32,000 nucleotides of DNA. Origin: Candidatus Peribacter riflensis (GTDB lineage Bacteria; Patescibacteriota; Gracilibacteria; Peribacterales; Peribacteraceae). Positions 9,129-17,600 of the stretch are shown here, one piece after another. Where the stretch lies: NCBI GenBank assembly GCA_001430755.1, contig CP013062.1, positions 510,001 to 542,000 on the forward strand. Reading direction: 5' to 3'. Numbering within the stretch: position 1 is the stretch's first letter; every line of letters starts with the position of its first letter. Below the pieces are notes generated by a model. The model did no database searches. It was not told the origin of the DNA and saw only the letters and a list, made by a program, of their open reading frames with translations. The position numbers and the translations under genes were made by a program.

Positions 9129-9851
9129 TCACGATTTCACGGTGATCTTTCTCTTCGTCAGCTCCCCCAACGAGAGCTCGCGGCTCACCACGCCCGAGAG
9201 CAGCTCCTGAATGCGCTTGGCATCTTTGAGGTTCTTGCCGTGCAGGTAGGCCTCCATATTTGCGAGGATCGCCGCAGCGACGAGGCGCGGCTGCGAAACA
9301 TTGTCGAGCGACACCGTGCCTCCCGTCGAGACCTTTTCCACCGTGATGGTGCCGTAGCGGAACAGCGTGCCTGAGATGCCCTTGATCTCGTACGTCACTC
9401 CCTGGATATCTGAAAAGAGAATCTTCGTCGCCGAACGGTGGAACCACCCGTGCCACTGCACGTCGATGATGGCCCGGTCCGTGATGAGCCAGACATCGAG
9501 AAAGTAATCGAGAAAGTTCCGCATCCACCATACCAGAGAGAGCACGCTCCACACGGCCACGACGTAGAAGATCATCAGAAACGGCGCGATGGCGAGGAAC
9601 GTCCAGGACGCGACGAAAGAGACCGATGGCCAGAAGAGATGCTGCAACCCCAGACGCCAGTGCGTGTGGACGTACAGACGGACCTCCTCATCGTCCTCCA
9701 GATGTTTCTGGAAACACCAGTGATTGAGCTTGGCGAGGAGCGAATGCACGGCCGCAGTGTAGCAGATGAGGAGAGGGGAAATAGAGGAGGCAAAGGAAGC
9801 AGAGGAAACAAAGGAAAGAGAGGAAAGAGATGATTGGCCAGCAGAAGGCAT
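9129..9851 (-). CDS. membrane protein with bacterial PH-like (YdbT/bPH-type) domain
   Basis: Two TM helices, then LDVWLITDRAIIDVQWHGWFHRSATKILFSDIQGVTYEIKGISGTLFRYGTITVEKV, which resembles bPH domains. The true start may be GTG 9749 (MHSLLAKLNHW...), because the first 34 codons translate a polypyrimidine tract. Confidence 0.65.
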   Translation of the reverse strand: MPSAGQSSLSSLSFVSSASFASSISPLLICYTAAVHSLLAKLNHWCFQKHLEDDEEVRLYVHTHWRLGLQHLFWPSVSFVASWTFLAIAPFLMIFYVVAVWSVLSLVWWMRNFLDYFLDVWLITDRAIIDVQWHGWFHRSATKILFSDIQGVTYEIKGISGTLFRYGTITVEKVSTGGTVSLDNVSQPRLVAAAILANMEAYLHGKNLKDAKRIQELLSGVVSRELSLGELTKRKITVKS

Positions 9852-9939
9852 ACGAAGAAATTCCTTTATTTCTTCTCATTCTTTTGTTTCCTTAACCTGT
9901 CCCTACACAACTTCTTCTCCATCCCCTATACTGGATCAG

Positions 9940-10560
9940 ATGATCCGGAAGCCCTTCACCCTCTGGTTCCACTTCTTCGATGTTCTGCTGAACATCGTCA
10001 TCATCGTGGCGGTGGTGGCGGGCATCCGGACGTTCCTCGTTTCACCGTTTCAGGTGGAGGGCAACTCCATGATCGACACACTCGAGAACCGCCAGTACAT
10101 CATCATCAACAAGCTCGTATACTTTCTGAACAAGCCGGGGCGCGGCGACGTCGTCGTCTTCCGTCCACCGAACACCGACCACAGCAAACACTACGTGAAG
10201 CGCATCATCGGCGAGCCGGGCGACGAGATCATCATCCGCAACGGATCAGTCTTCGTGCGCGTCGGCGGCAAAGACAAAGAACGCCAGGTCGCCGAGCCCT
10301 ACCTGAATGACCGTAACCAGGATCACACCTACGTCGGCGCGGCGGGCAGTGGAGAAGAGAAGCGCTATCCCGTCCCCGCGGGCCACTACTTCCTGCTCGG
10401 CGACAACCGCTTGGGGAGCCTGGATTCCCGGTCCTTCCGCAATGCGCAGAACGAGCCCACTCCTTTCGTGCCCGAAGATGACATCAAGGGACGCGTCTGG
10501 TTCGTGGCCCTGCCCTTAAGCAAAGCCCACGCCATGGAGGCACCGGAGTACGGTTTTTAG
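9940..10560 (+). CDS. lepB: signal peptidase I
   Basis: N-terminal TM helix, then VEGNSM, GDVVVF, YVKRIIGEPGD and LLGDNRLGSLDSR motifs. ATG 9940 is preferred over the track start 9766, whose extension (EEAKEAEETKEREER) merely translates a polypurine tract. Confidence 0.9.
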   Translation: MIRKPFTLWFHFFDVLLNIVIIVAVVAGIRTFLVSPFQVEGNSMIDTLENRQYIIINKLVYFLNKPGRGDVVVFRPPNTDHSKHYVKRIIGEPGDEIIIRNGSVFVRVGGKDKERQVAEPYLNDRNQDHTYVGAAGSGEEKRYPVPAGHYFLLGDNRLGSLDSRSFRNAQNEPTPFVPEDDIKGRVWFVALPLSKAHAMEAPEYGF

Positions 10561-10660
10561 GGATAGGGTTAGGGCTAGGATTGAGGTGTTTTTTAGGGAA
10601 CTTTTTTCCCGATACCCTAGTCACTTTCTCTCCCGACCCTCACCCTAATCCTATCCCTAT
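10561..10660. repeat. TAGGG-core G-rich arm (10561-10587) and CCCTA-core C-rich arm (10636-10660), imperfect inverted pair
   Basis: GGATAGGGTTAGGGCTAGGATTGAGG ... CCCTCACCCTAATCCTATCCCTAT. The arms share ATAGGG and TAGGATT blocks when one is reverse-complemented. Confidence 0.7.
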
Positions 10661-10675
10661 TTCCTCATCATTCCC

Positions 10676-10703
10676 TTGCACCCGCCCAAAACCCCTGTAC
10701 AAT
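10676..10703 (+). promoter_or_regulatory. candidate sigma70-like promoter for secE-nusG
   Basis: TTGCAC (10676-10681), 16-nt spacer, TACAAT (10698-10703). A small CCCC-TTCC-GGGG hairpin plus T6 follows at ~10714-10730, before the secE ATG at 10745. Confidence 0.3.
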
Positions 10704-10744
10704 CGCTGTATTCCCCTTCCGGGGTTTTTTCTTCTAAGCAAGCA

Positions 10745-10936
10745 ATGTTCAAGAAGACTTCTGACTACCTCCGTGGCGCCGTCGAAGAGCTCCACCACGT
10801 CCGCTGGCCCACCCGCCAGCAGGCCGTGCGGCTGTCACTCATCGTGATCGCGTTCGTCTTCGGCACGGCAGTGCTCTTCGGCGTCGTGGATTTCCTCCTC
10901 GCACGCGTCGTCTCTCTCCTCCTCTCCTTCACCTAA
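10745..10936 (+). CDS. secE: preprotein translocase subunit SecE
   Basis: 63 aa: MFKKTSDYLRGAVEELHHVRWPTRQQAV followed by a single TM helix. It lies immediately upstream of nusG, the conserved secE-nusG arrangement. Confidence 0.8.
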   Translation: MFKKTSDYLRGAVEELHHVRWPTRQQAVRLSLIVIAFVFGTAVLFGVVDFLLARVVSLLLSFT

Positions 10937-10967
10937 CCCTAACCCTAACCCTAACCTTCACCCTATT
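10932..10967. repeat. (CCCTAA)n telomere-like tandem repeat in the secE-nusG spacer
   Basis: CCTAACCCTAACCCTAACCCTAACC, then TTCACCCTATT. The repeat includes the secE stop codon and ends 3 nt before the nusG ATG. Confidence 0.9.
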
Positions 10968-10970
10968 CGT

Positions 10971-11516
10971 ATGGGCAAGCAGGATCCGAATGCCGGACGC
11001 AACTGGTACGTCGTCCACACCTACGCAGGCTATGAAGATGCCGTGCGCCAGGCCATTCTGCAGCGCGTGGAATCCTTCGGCATGCAGGATTACGTCCTGG
11101 ATGTGCGCGTACCCAAAGAGAAGCAGCTCACCTTCAAGAAGGGCGAGCCAGTGGAGGAAGAGCGCAAGCTCTTTCCGGGCTACGTGCTGGTAGACATGAT
11201 CGTGACCGACGAGAGCTGGTACCTGGTGCGCAATACGCCGAACGTCACGGGCTTTGTGGGTTCGGGCAATATTCCGGTCCCCGTCACGCCCGAAGAATTC
11301 GGCGTGATCGAGCGCAGAGTGGGCGAACAGGAGGCCAAGTACAAATCAGATTTCCAGATCGGCGACCTCGTGGTGATCATCGACGGTCCCTTCAAGAACT
11401 ACGAGGCGACGGTGAGCGCGGTGGATGTGAACAAGGGCAAGCTGACCGTGATGGTGCTGATCTTCGACCGCGAAACTCCCGTCGAACTGGATTTCACGCA
11501 GGTGAAGAAGAAGTAA
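10971..11516 (+). CDS. nusG: transcription termination/antitermination factor NusG
   Basis: NWYVVHTYAGYE, FPGYVLV, VRNTPNVTGFVG, and a KOW-like FQIGDLVVIIDGPFKNYEATV. Confidence 0.95.
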   Translation: MGKQDPNAGRNWYVVHTYAGYEDAVRQAILQRVESFGMQDYVLDVRVPKEKQLTFKKGEPVEEERKLFPGYVLVDMIVTDESWYLVRNTPNVTGFVGSGNIPVPVTPEEFGVIERRVGEQEAKYKSDFQIGDLVVIIDGPFKNYEATVSAVDVNKGKLTVMVLIFDRETPVELDFTQVKKK

Positions 11517-11526
11517 AGCCGTCTGC

Positions 11527-11916
11527 TCAACGGGCATCGCCGAAATCCTTCGGGAGGAGGATCAGAACGCCGTTCACCGATTCTGGATCAATGGCCTGCT
11601 CATCACCGTTCGCATCGATATAACTGATCTCATGGAATTGTTCGGCATCCGTTGCCATGAGAACGAGTGCCCGATTGCCGACGTCCTTGCGTGCGATGGA
11701 ACGTGACTCCTCGAAAACCTCACGAACCTGTTCGTACCCGAAATCTTCACGGGCGACTTCTCCCGCCTCCCTGAGAGCTGTCAGTTTCTGCCAGAGAGGA
11801 TGTGCTGTGCATGTCTGAAGAATTTCTGCACGGATGGCCGCCCCGATCTCTCCTACTGCCGGATGGGGGGCATCGGCCTGAGGTTCGGAATTCACTGCTT
11901 TCGGCTCTTCAACCAT
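11527..11916 (-). CDS. hypothetical protein
   Basis: 129-aa ORF with an ATG start and coding-like composition. I recognise no family. Confidence 0.45.
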   Translation of the reverse strand: MVEEPKAVNSEPQADAPHPAVGEIGAAIRAEILQTCTAHPLWQKLTALREAGEVAREDFGYEQVREVFEESRSIARKDVGNRALVLMATDAEQFHEISYIDANGDEQAIDPESVNGVLILLPKDFGDAR

Positions 11917-11960
11917 ATTTGCTATTATACATTAAATATTATTTTCATCAACTTCACTCT

Positions 11961-12020
11961 CTGCATGCTGCATACTGCATGCTGCATACTGCATGCTGCA
12001 TACTGCATGCTGCATACTGC
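11961..12020. repeat. 14-bp tandem repeat x4.3 (CTGCATGCTGCATA; alternating CTGCATG/CTGCATA heptamers)
   Basis: Read directly from the sequence. It ends 6 nt before the acyP ATG and lies in the divergent spacer next to an AT-rich block (11917-11960). Confidence 0.95.
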
Positions 12021-12026
12021 CCCGCG

Positions 12027-12296
12027 ATGCCCGCCCGCCAACTCCTCATCACCGGTCTGGTCCAGGGCGTCTTCTTCCGCGCGGAAGCAAAGAAGAAAGC
12101 GGACGCCCTCAAGCTCACCGGCTGGGTGCGCAATAACGATGACGGATCCCTCGAGATGCACATCGAGGGTATGCCAGCGGCATTGCAGCAATTCGAACAG
12201 TGGTGCCAGCGCGGAACGCAGGCGGCACGCGTCGAAGAGGTGCAGGCGAAAGACGTGCCGGAGGATTACGGCAAGACCTTCGTCATACAGATGTGA
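12027..12296 (+). CDS. acyP: acylphosphatase
   Basis: 89 aa with ITGLVQGVFFR and GWVRNNDDGSLE, the acylphosphatase signatures. The track start 11802 reads through the tandem repeat and is unlikely. Confidence 0.85.
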   Translation: MPARQLLITGLVQGVFFRAEAKKKADALKLTGWVRNNDDGSLEMHIEGMPAALQQFEQWCQRGTQAARVEEVQAKDVPEDYGKTFVIQM

Positions 12297-12310
12297 ACAG
12301 GCACCGCGCA

Positions 12311-13627
12311 CTATAATGCCCCTCTCGCGCTCTGCACTTCTCGTGGGAAGAGCAGCAGGAGCCCCGTCATTTCGACAATGTGACCGACGCAGTACCCCAG
12401 TGCCAGACTGAAGACACCCAACTTCGGAGCGAGCGACCACGAGAGCGCGATGGCAATCACGCCATTGAATACGGTGAGAATCGCCGGGATCGTCGTATGT
12501 TTGGTGGCGAAGTATGCCCGCGTGAAGAGGTGGTTCAGGCTCTCGAAGGGAATGCTCAGAGCGTAGAGCGCGAGACAGGTGAAGAAGACCGGCACGAAGA
12601 GCGTCTTCAAATGAATGAGCCATGCCGCAACGGGCGTGAGGAGCACGAGCAGAATCGCCCCCGGAATCGTGAGCAGGAGCATCCACACGACTCCCCTCTT
12701 CAGGTACTGGCGGTACCGCCCCCACTCGCCGCGCGCCGCAGACTGACTCAGGGGCGAAAAGAGCGAGAGGGCCAGCGCCATGCCGGTGACGCCCACCACC
12801 ACCGACTGAAAGTTGCGCGCGTAGGCATTGACCGCGATGGAACCGACCGAGAGCCCCGAAGCGATGCGATCGAACACGAGCAGTTCCACCTGCAGCGCCC
12901 CGAGTGCAAGCATGCGCGGCAACATGAGCAGCCCCATCTCAGTCAGATCCGGATGCCACCACGTGAGTGCGAAACGGTATCCGGCGCGGACGATGGCGAG
13001 CAGGCGGATGAGCGTATAGAGCAGTGCACCAGCGAGCGTGCCGAGAATGGGACCGTAAGGACCGACGAACGGCGTGAGCCAGAGCGTGCCTGCGATCGTG
13101 CCGAGGGTGAAGACCACCGGGGTCAACCCGTAGATCCAGAAACGCTGGATGGTATTGAGGTACTGGCCGAATGCGTTGCCGAAGACGAAGAGAAAATTCG
13201 TGAGGAGCGCGATGCGCGCGAAGGTGGTGTAGAGCGCAAGACTCTCGCCTTCGAATTGCGTAAAGGCCGGAGCCACCCACGGAAAGACCGCCGCCAGCAG
13301 CAGAGCCAGAACGCCGAAGAGGATGGCTGCCACCGTGATGACTCCGTTAAGGAGTGCCGACATGGCACTCCGGTTTTGTGCCGCCTCGTACCGCGCGAGC
13401 AGGGGCACGAGCGCCACCGAGAACCCCGCCATGATCGTCACCTGAAAGAGGAGGTCTGAGGGACGGAAGGCCGCCACGTACACATCCACCACCGCAAGGC
13501 CGGGGAACGTGCGGTTGAGCAGGTTGTCGCGGATGAGTCCGGCGAACGACGCCGTGAATTGCGTGACCGCGAGCACGGCCGCGCCCCCGAGGATGCGATG
13601 CTGGGAACGAAGAGCGCTGAAGCGCAT
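12311..13627 (-). CDS. murJ: lipid II flippase MurJ/MviN family
   Basis: About 14 predicted TM helices. N-terminal ...FAGLIRDNLLNRTF...DVYVAAFRPSDLLFQV..AGFSVALVPLL is typical of MurJ. ATG 13627 (MRFSAL...) is preferred over 13678. Confidence 0.8.
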   Translation of the reverse strand: MRFSALRSQHRILGGAAVLAVTQFTASFAGLIRDNLLNRTFPGLAVVDVYVAAFRPSDLLFQVTIMAGFSVALVPLLARYEAAQNRSAMSALLNGVITVAAILFGVLALLLAAVFPWVAPAFTQFEGESLALYTTFARIALLTNFLFVFGNAFGQYLNTIQRFWIYGLTPVVFTLGTIAGTLWLTPFVGPYGPILGTLAGALLYTLIRLLAIVRAGYRFALTWWHPDLTEMGLLMLPRMLALGALQVELLVFDRIASGLSVGSIAVNAYARNFQSVVVGVTGMALALSLFSPLSQSAARGEWGRYRQYLKRGVVWMLLLTIPGAILLVLLTPVAAWLIHLKTLFVPVFFTCLALYALSIPFESLNHLFTRAYFATKHTTIPAILTVFNGVIAIALSWSLAPKLGVFSLALGYCVGHIVEMTGLLLLFPREVQSARGAL

Positions 13628-13695
13628 ACACGGAGTGTAGCGAGAGCACACGCAAAATGCAGCGGGACTTGCACGCATTCCTCAGGACTGCACGG

Positions 13696-14487
13696 CTACC
13701 GTGAGACGTCGTCTAAGACGGCCTGCATGTACTCGAGCGTATTGATGCCCTCCACGATGCGCATGGACTGGGTCTCGTTGTTGAGGAAGACAAAGGAAGG
13801 CGACACGTAAATTTCGGTGTCGGTCTCGGCCATCGCCTTGTCTTCGAGCACGTAGTCGTACAGCTCTTCACCCTCGATACAGGTCTGCAGACCCACGGCA
13901 TCGGCACCCACCTGTGTTCCGAACGAGAGCAGCAGATCAAGCGGCAGAAGGCTCCCGCGCTCGTTCATGAGCAGATCCAGGTACGCCCAGAAACCGTCGT
14001 TCCCCAGCTGCTGGGCAACGCACTCTGTCGCAATGCCGGACCGGTAGTCGTTCTGATTATCCGTGCCCGGGTAGTGGCGGAAGACCCAGTGCATGCGGTC
14101 ACTGTTCTGCTCGAAGAACTCGCCCATCTTCATGTGGATCAACTGCGTGTAGAGGCTGGTGAGCGCTCCGTACTCCACGAGCGTCACCTTGGTCTGCGGG
14201 TTGCCGCGGATGTGCTCATCGGGTTCGATGTCTGTAAGAAAGAGGTACGGGCTGGGCTCCTGCGGCAGGGGCTTGTCGCCGGTGTACTGCGCGATGTCTT
14301 CGTACTTTTTTAAGTCAGGCTGCGCCACCGGAGCGATGAGAGGCACGGCAGGCTGCTCCGGAGCGGCCCCGCGAAACGGCTCGGGACGGCCGATCATCCA
14401 CTCGGCAAAGAAGTACCCGCCGATGAGGATCAGCAGGCACAGAGCCACGAAGAGCCATACCTTTGTCCGGTCCTGCGATTGCATCAT
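13696..14487 (-). CDS. membrane-anchored DsbA-like thioredoxin-fold protein lacking the CXXC active site
   Basis: N-terminal TM helix. KVTLVEYGALTSLYTQL stands where the family has ..EF.DFQCP[FY]C. Downstream family features are kept (ATECVAQQLGNDGFWAYLDLL, LQTCIEGEE, VSPSFVFLNN in place of the GTP cis-Pro loop). Confidence 0.7.
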   Translation of the reverse strand: MMQSQDRTKVWLFVALCLLILIGGYFFAEWMIGRPEPFRGAAPEQPAVPLIAPVAQPDLKKYEDIAQYTGDKPLPQEPSPYLFLTDIEPDEHIRGNPQTKVTLVEYGALTSLYTQLIHMKMGEFFEQNSDRMHWVFRHYPGTDNQNDYRSGIATECVAQQLGNDGFWAYLDLLMNERGSLLPLDLLLSFGTQVGADAVGLQTCIEGEELYDYVLEDKAMAETDTEIYVSPSFVFLNNETQSMRIVEGINTLEYMQAVLDDVSR

Positions 14488-14676
14488 ACTACGCAGAGAG
14501 TACGAGAAGTGTGCGCACGCGCCTAGACCCCACAGCTTGACTAGTCTCTTTCATATGCATGAGTGCTATTTGGAAGTGATGAGGACATAACAAAACTAAT
14601 ACGCAATCGAATGGCTCTGATGCAAGGAGAGTCAGATGCGTGAGTACATATCGCACTGGTACGCTTACGGGCAACT

Positions 14677-17600
14677 ATGCGACATCTGTTGGGAAGAATC
14701 ACAGTGGGAATCGCGCTCGGCATCGTGCTGATTCTCGTCCTTCAGCAGAATGTCTCGCGCAAACCGGAGGGAGGCTGGAATTTCTTCGCAGCCTTGGTTG
14801 ATGTCACGGACTGCCCGGTGGGCACGCACGTCTTCCACTGCAAGTGCAATCCCAAGACCATCGCAGCAGCTGAAGACATATCCGAGGAAGAGGCAGGGGG
14901 AAAGGATGTGTACTGCTGCGCCGTCACAGAAAAAGGCTATCTCGATGAGATGAAGAATCCCAATGGGGCAGTGGCGGAGGAGGGGTACAACAAAATGGTG
15001 GCCTTCCTCAAGCTTTGGGGGGAGCATTCCGGCTCCGACGAAGAAAAAGAAAAATTCTTCAATGGGGAGTTCGCGATGACGTACGAGAAGAGTGATGGAA
15101 CCCAGGCACAGGAAAACCCCTCCTGCCCCACAGTCAGCTGCAACGACTGTAATGAATACATCAACATCATCACCGGTCAGGGGGGAAGCAGTTATCCCTC
15201 CTCATCCGGAACCTCCTCCGACGGCGGAGGAAGCTCTGCCAGCGGCGGAGGCAGTTCAGCCAGTGGAGGAGGTTCGAGTCGTGGGGGTGGCGGCAGTTCC
15301 CGGGCAGGTGGGCGTTCAAGCGCGGGCGGAAGCTCCAGTGAAGGAGGCAGCAGTTCAAGCGAAGAAGGATCCAGTTCCTCTGAAGAGTCCAGTTCCTCTG
15401 AAGGAGGATCAAGCTCGAAAGGGGGAGGAGGCTCCCGTTCCTCTGGCGGAGGATCGAGTGCCAGCGATGAGAGCTCATCTGAAGAAAGCTCCAGCTCAGA
15501 AGAGAGCTCGAGCAGCGAGGAGAGTTCCAGCTCGGAAGAGAGTTCGAGCAGCGAAGAAAGCTCCAGCTCAGAAGAGAGCTCGAGCGAAGATTCTTCGTCT
15601 TCTTCCAGTAACGCCTACTACGTCATCTGCGACAAAGTTGATCCTAAAGGATACTGCTGTCTCGTCACTGATGCGTCCCAAGGAAAGAAATGCGACAAGC
15701 TGGGCAGCCCCGATACCTGCCAGAGCCCCGGAACCGATCCTGCAAAAAAAGATAACGTGCGTGGCAACTGGTACCTCGCGCAGGCACAGCAAGGAGTGCC
15801 GAGCAATCTGCAGGGCGCCCAGAACCGCTGCATGAGCGAAGGAGGCGGATCGGATGCGGGCGGCCCCAAGGAGTGCAAGGGCGGATGCGGGAACGGCGAG
15901 GTGGAAGAGGGCGAGGCGTGCGATGAGGGGAGGGCGGACAATACCGACCCCATGGCCGGCTCCGTCGCCGAGGCCCCTGGCTGCACCGGGGAAAAATGTG
16001 GCAATGGCACCGTGAACATCATGCGCTCTCTTTCGTACGCACGTGAACCCGTGCGCGGAAAAATGCTGTGGAGCGATGCGTGGGGTGAACAACTCAAGAA
16101 GAGCAACTGTACGGATGAATGCAAAATTGCAGACTGTTCCGAGGCAGGCAAGGCAGGCAACGCCGAGGATCAGATGAAGGCCATCAACGGCTGCCTCGGC
16201 CTCCACACCGATGACGCCGCTGAGTTGGTCTGCACTCCCATCAAGAAACAGTTCATCGACGATAAGGAGTTTGTCATTCCGAAAGGGAATGTGGGCGTGG
16301 GAGATTCCCCGTCACTCGACAATGTCGAGACGGATTTCGCCTCCTGCACTCTCCTCCCCGGAAGGAGCACCGACTACTCCCAATTCATCATGGGTGGCGG
16401 ACAAGAATTGGGCTCCCCACTTATGGTGGAGGAAGACGAGGGAGGGATCGCCTATTCGCCAGCTTCTCCCTTCCTCGCCCAGGCAGCTCCCCCTCCCGGT
16501 GCCGATGCTGGTCCCTGTGCTGCGAACAAAGGTCAATGTGCCGGAAACGCAGCACCAGACCAGAAAAAAACTGGGGTGGTGGGGGATCTGTGCGGGTGCT
16601 ACTGCTGGACTGAAAAAGCAGGACGCGTTGATGACGCAAACAAACCCTGCAGTTCCGGCGGTGACTGCAAGAGCGGCACGTGTTACATCGTTGATACCAA
16701 CGATCCGAATAAAAAAATCCAATGTAAGGGGAACTCAGATCCTGCATGCACCGACGCTCAAGCGCATGCCATTGGCAAATGCGCCAGAACGGTCTACTAC
16801 TGGAATCATCCGCAGTGCGGCCCACGCGCCGATAAGCTAGGCATGCTCTGGTGCGTCAATCACGGCTGTGTGGAGCACCCCATCCGCGAGCGCAAGAGTG
16901 TCAATCGCAAAGATGAAACTCCCTTCCCGCCCATGGGTCAAGGCGGCATGCCCGGCAAACCGGGCGGTGCACCCGGAGGTGGAGGTCCGGGAACCGGAGG
17001 GGGAACCGGAGGCGGAGGAGATACAGGTGGCGGTGGCGGTGGGGGCGGAGGAGGAGGAAGTGGAGGCTCTGGCGGCAGCGGCGGGAGCTCACGCGCCAGT
17101 GTGATCTCTTCCGCCAGATCGAGCGTGGTGAGCAGCACAACCTCCAAGAGCAGTTCCAAGAGCAGTTCCAAGAGCAGCAGCAAGAGTGGCTCGAGTGGGG
17201 GTGGGCCTCCCGGCGGGGGCAGCAAATCCAGTGCGAGCAAGTCGGCTTCAAGCAAATCTTCGAGTAAATCTTCCAGCAAGTCCTCTTCCTCCTCTGCTTC
17301 AAGCAAGTCTACAGGCCCGTCTTCTGCCTCCTCTTCCTCCAGCAAATCTTCCTCATCCTCCTCTGCTTCAAGTAAATCTACAGGCCCGTCTTCTTCCAGT
17401 AAGTCTTCGAGCAGCAGTAAGAGTAGCAGTGGAAGCAGCCAGAGTTCCTGCAGCTCGCCCTGCTCCCGCAGTTCGTCTTCGTCACGATCTGCCAAGTGCG
17501 GGAACGGGCGTATCGATCTGGGCGAAGACTGTGACAATGGAGGAATGTGCAAGGCTGGTCCACGGCAGTTCGCAGAGTGCAATGCAGATGCTGACTGCTT

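Noticed and set aside
9766-9939. N-terminal extensions in the ORF track (lepB from 9766, acyP from 11802, hydrolase from 24335, bPH paralog from 30260, pyrH from 28790)
   Set aside because: The extensions translate polypurine tracts, the 14-bp tandem repeat, the tRNA-Pro gene or R/H/P-rich low complexity. Internal ATGs give canonical family N-termini.
10932-10967. (CCCTAA)n as a true telomere, a linear replicon end, or eukaryotic contamination
   Set aside because: The repeats are only 25-55 nt long and sit between conserved bacterial gene pairs (secE-nusG, pyrH-frr) in the middle of a contig with uniform bacterial gene content.
12380-13459. 359-aa plus-strand ORF (E/R/D-rich) and 8324-9145 plus-strand ORF (273 aa)
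   Set aside because: They are antisense to murJ and to pth plus the HEPN-like gene, whose products have clear family signatures. The shadow ORFs have none.
14537-14566. Sigma70 promoter for the giant Cys-rich gene based on TTGACT at 14537-14542
   Set aside because: There is no acceptable -10 hexamer at a 16-18 nt spacing, so I can only call the region a lower-GC divergent control region.
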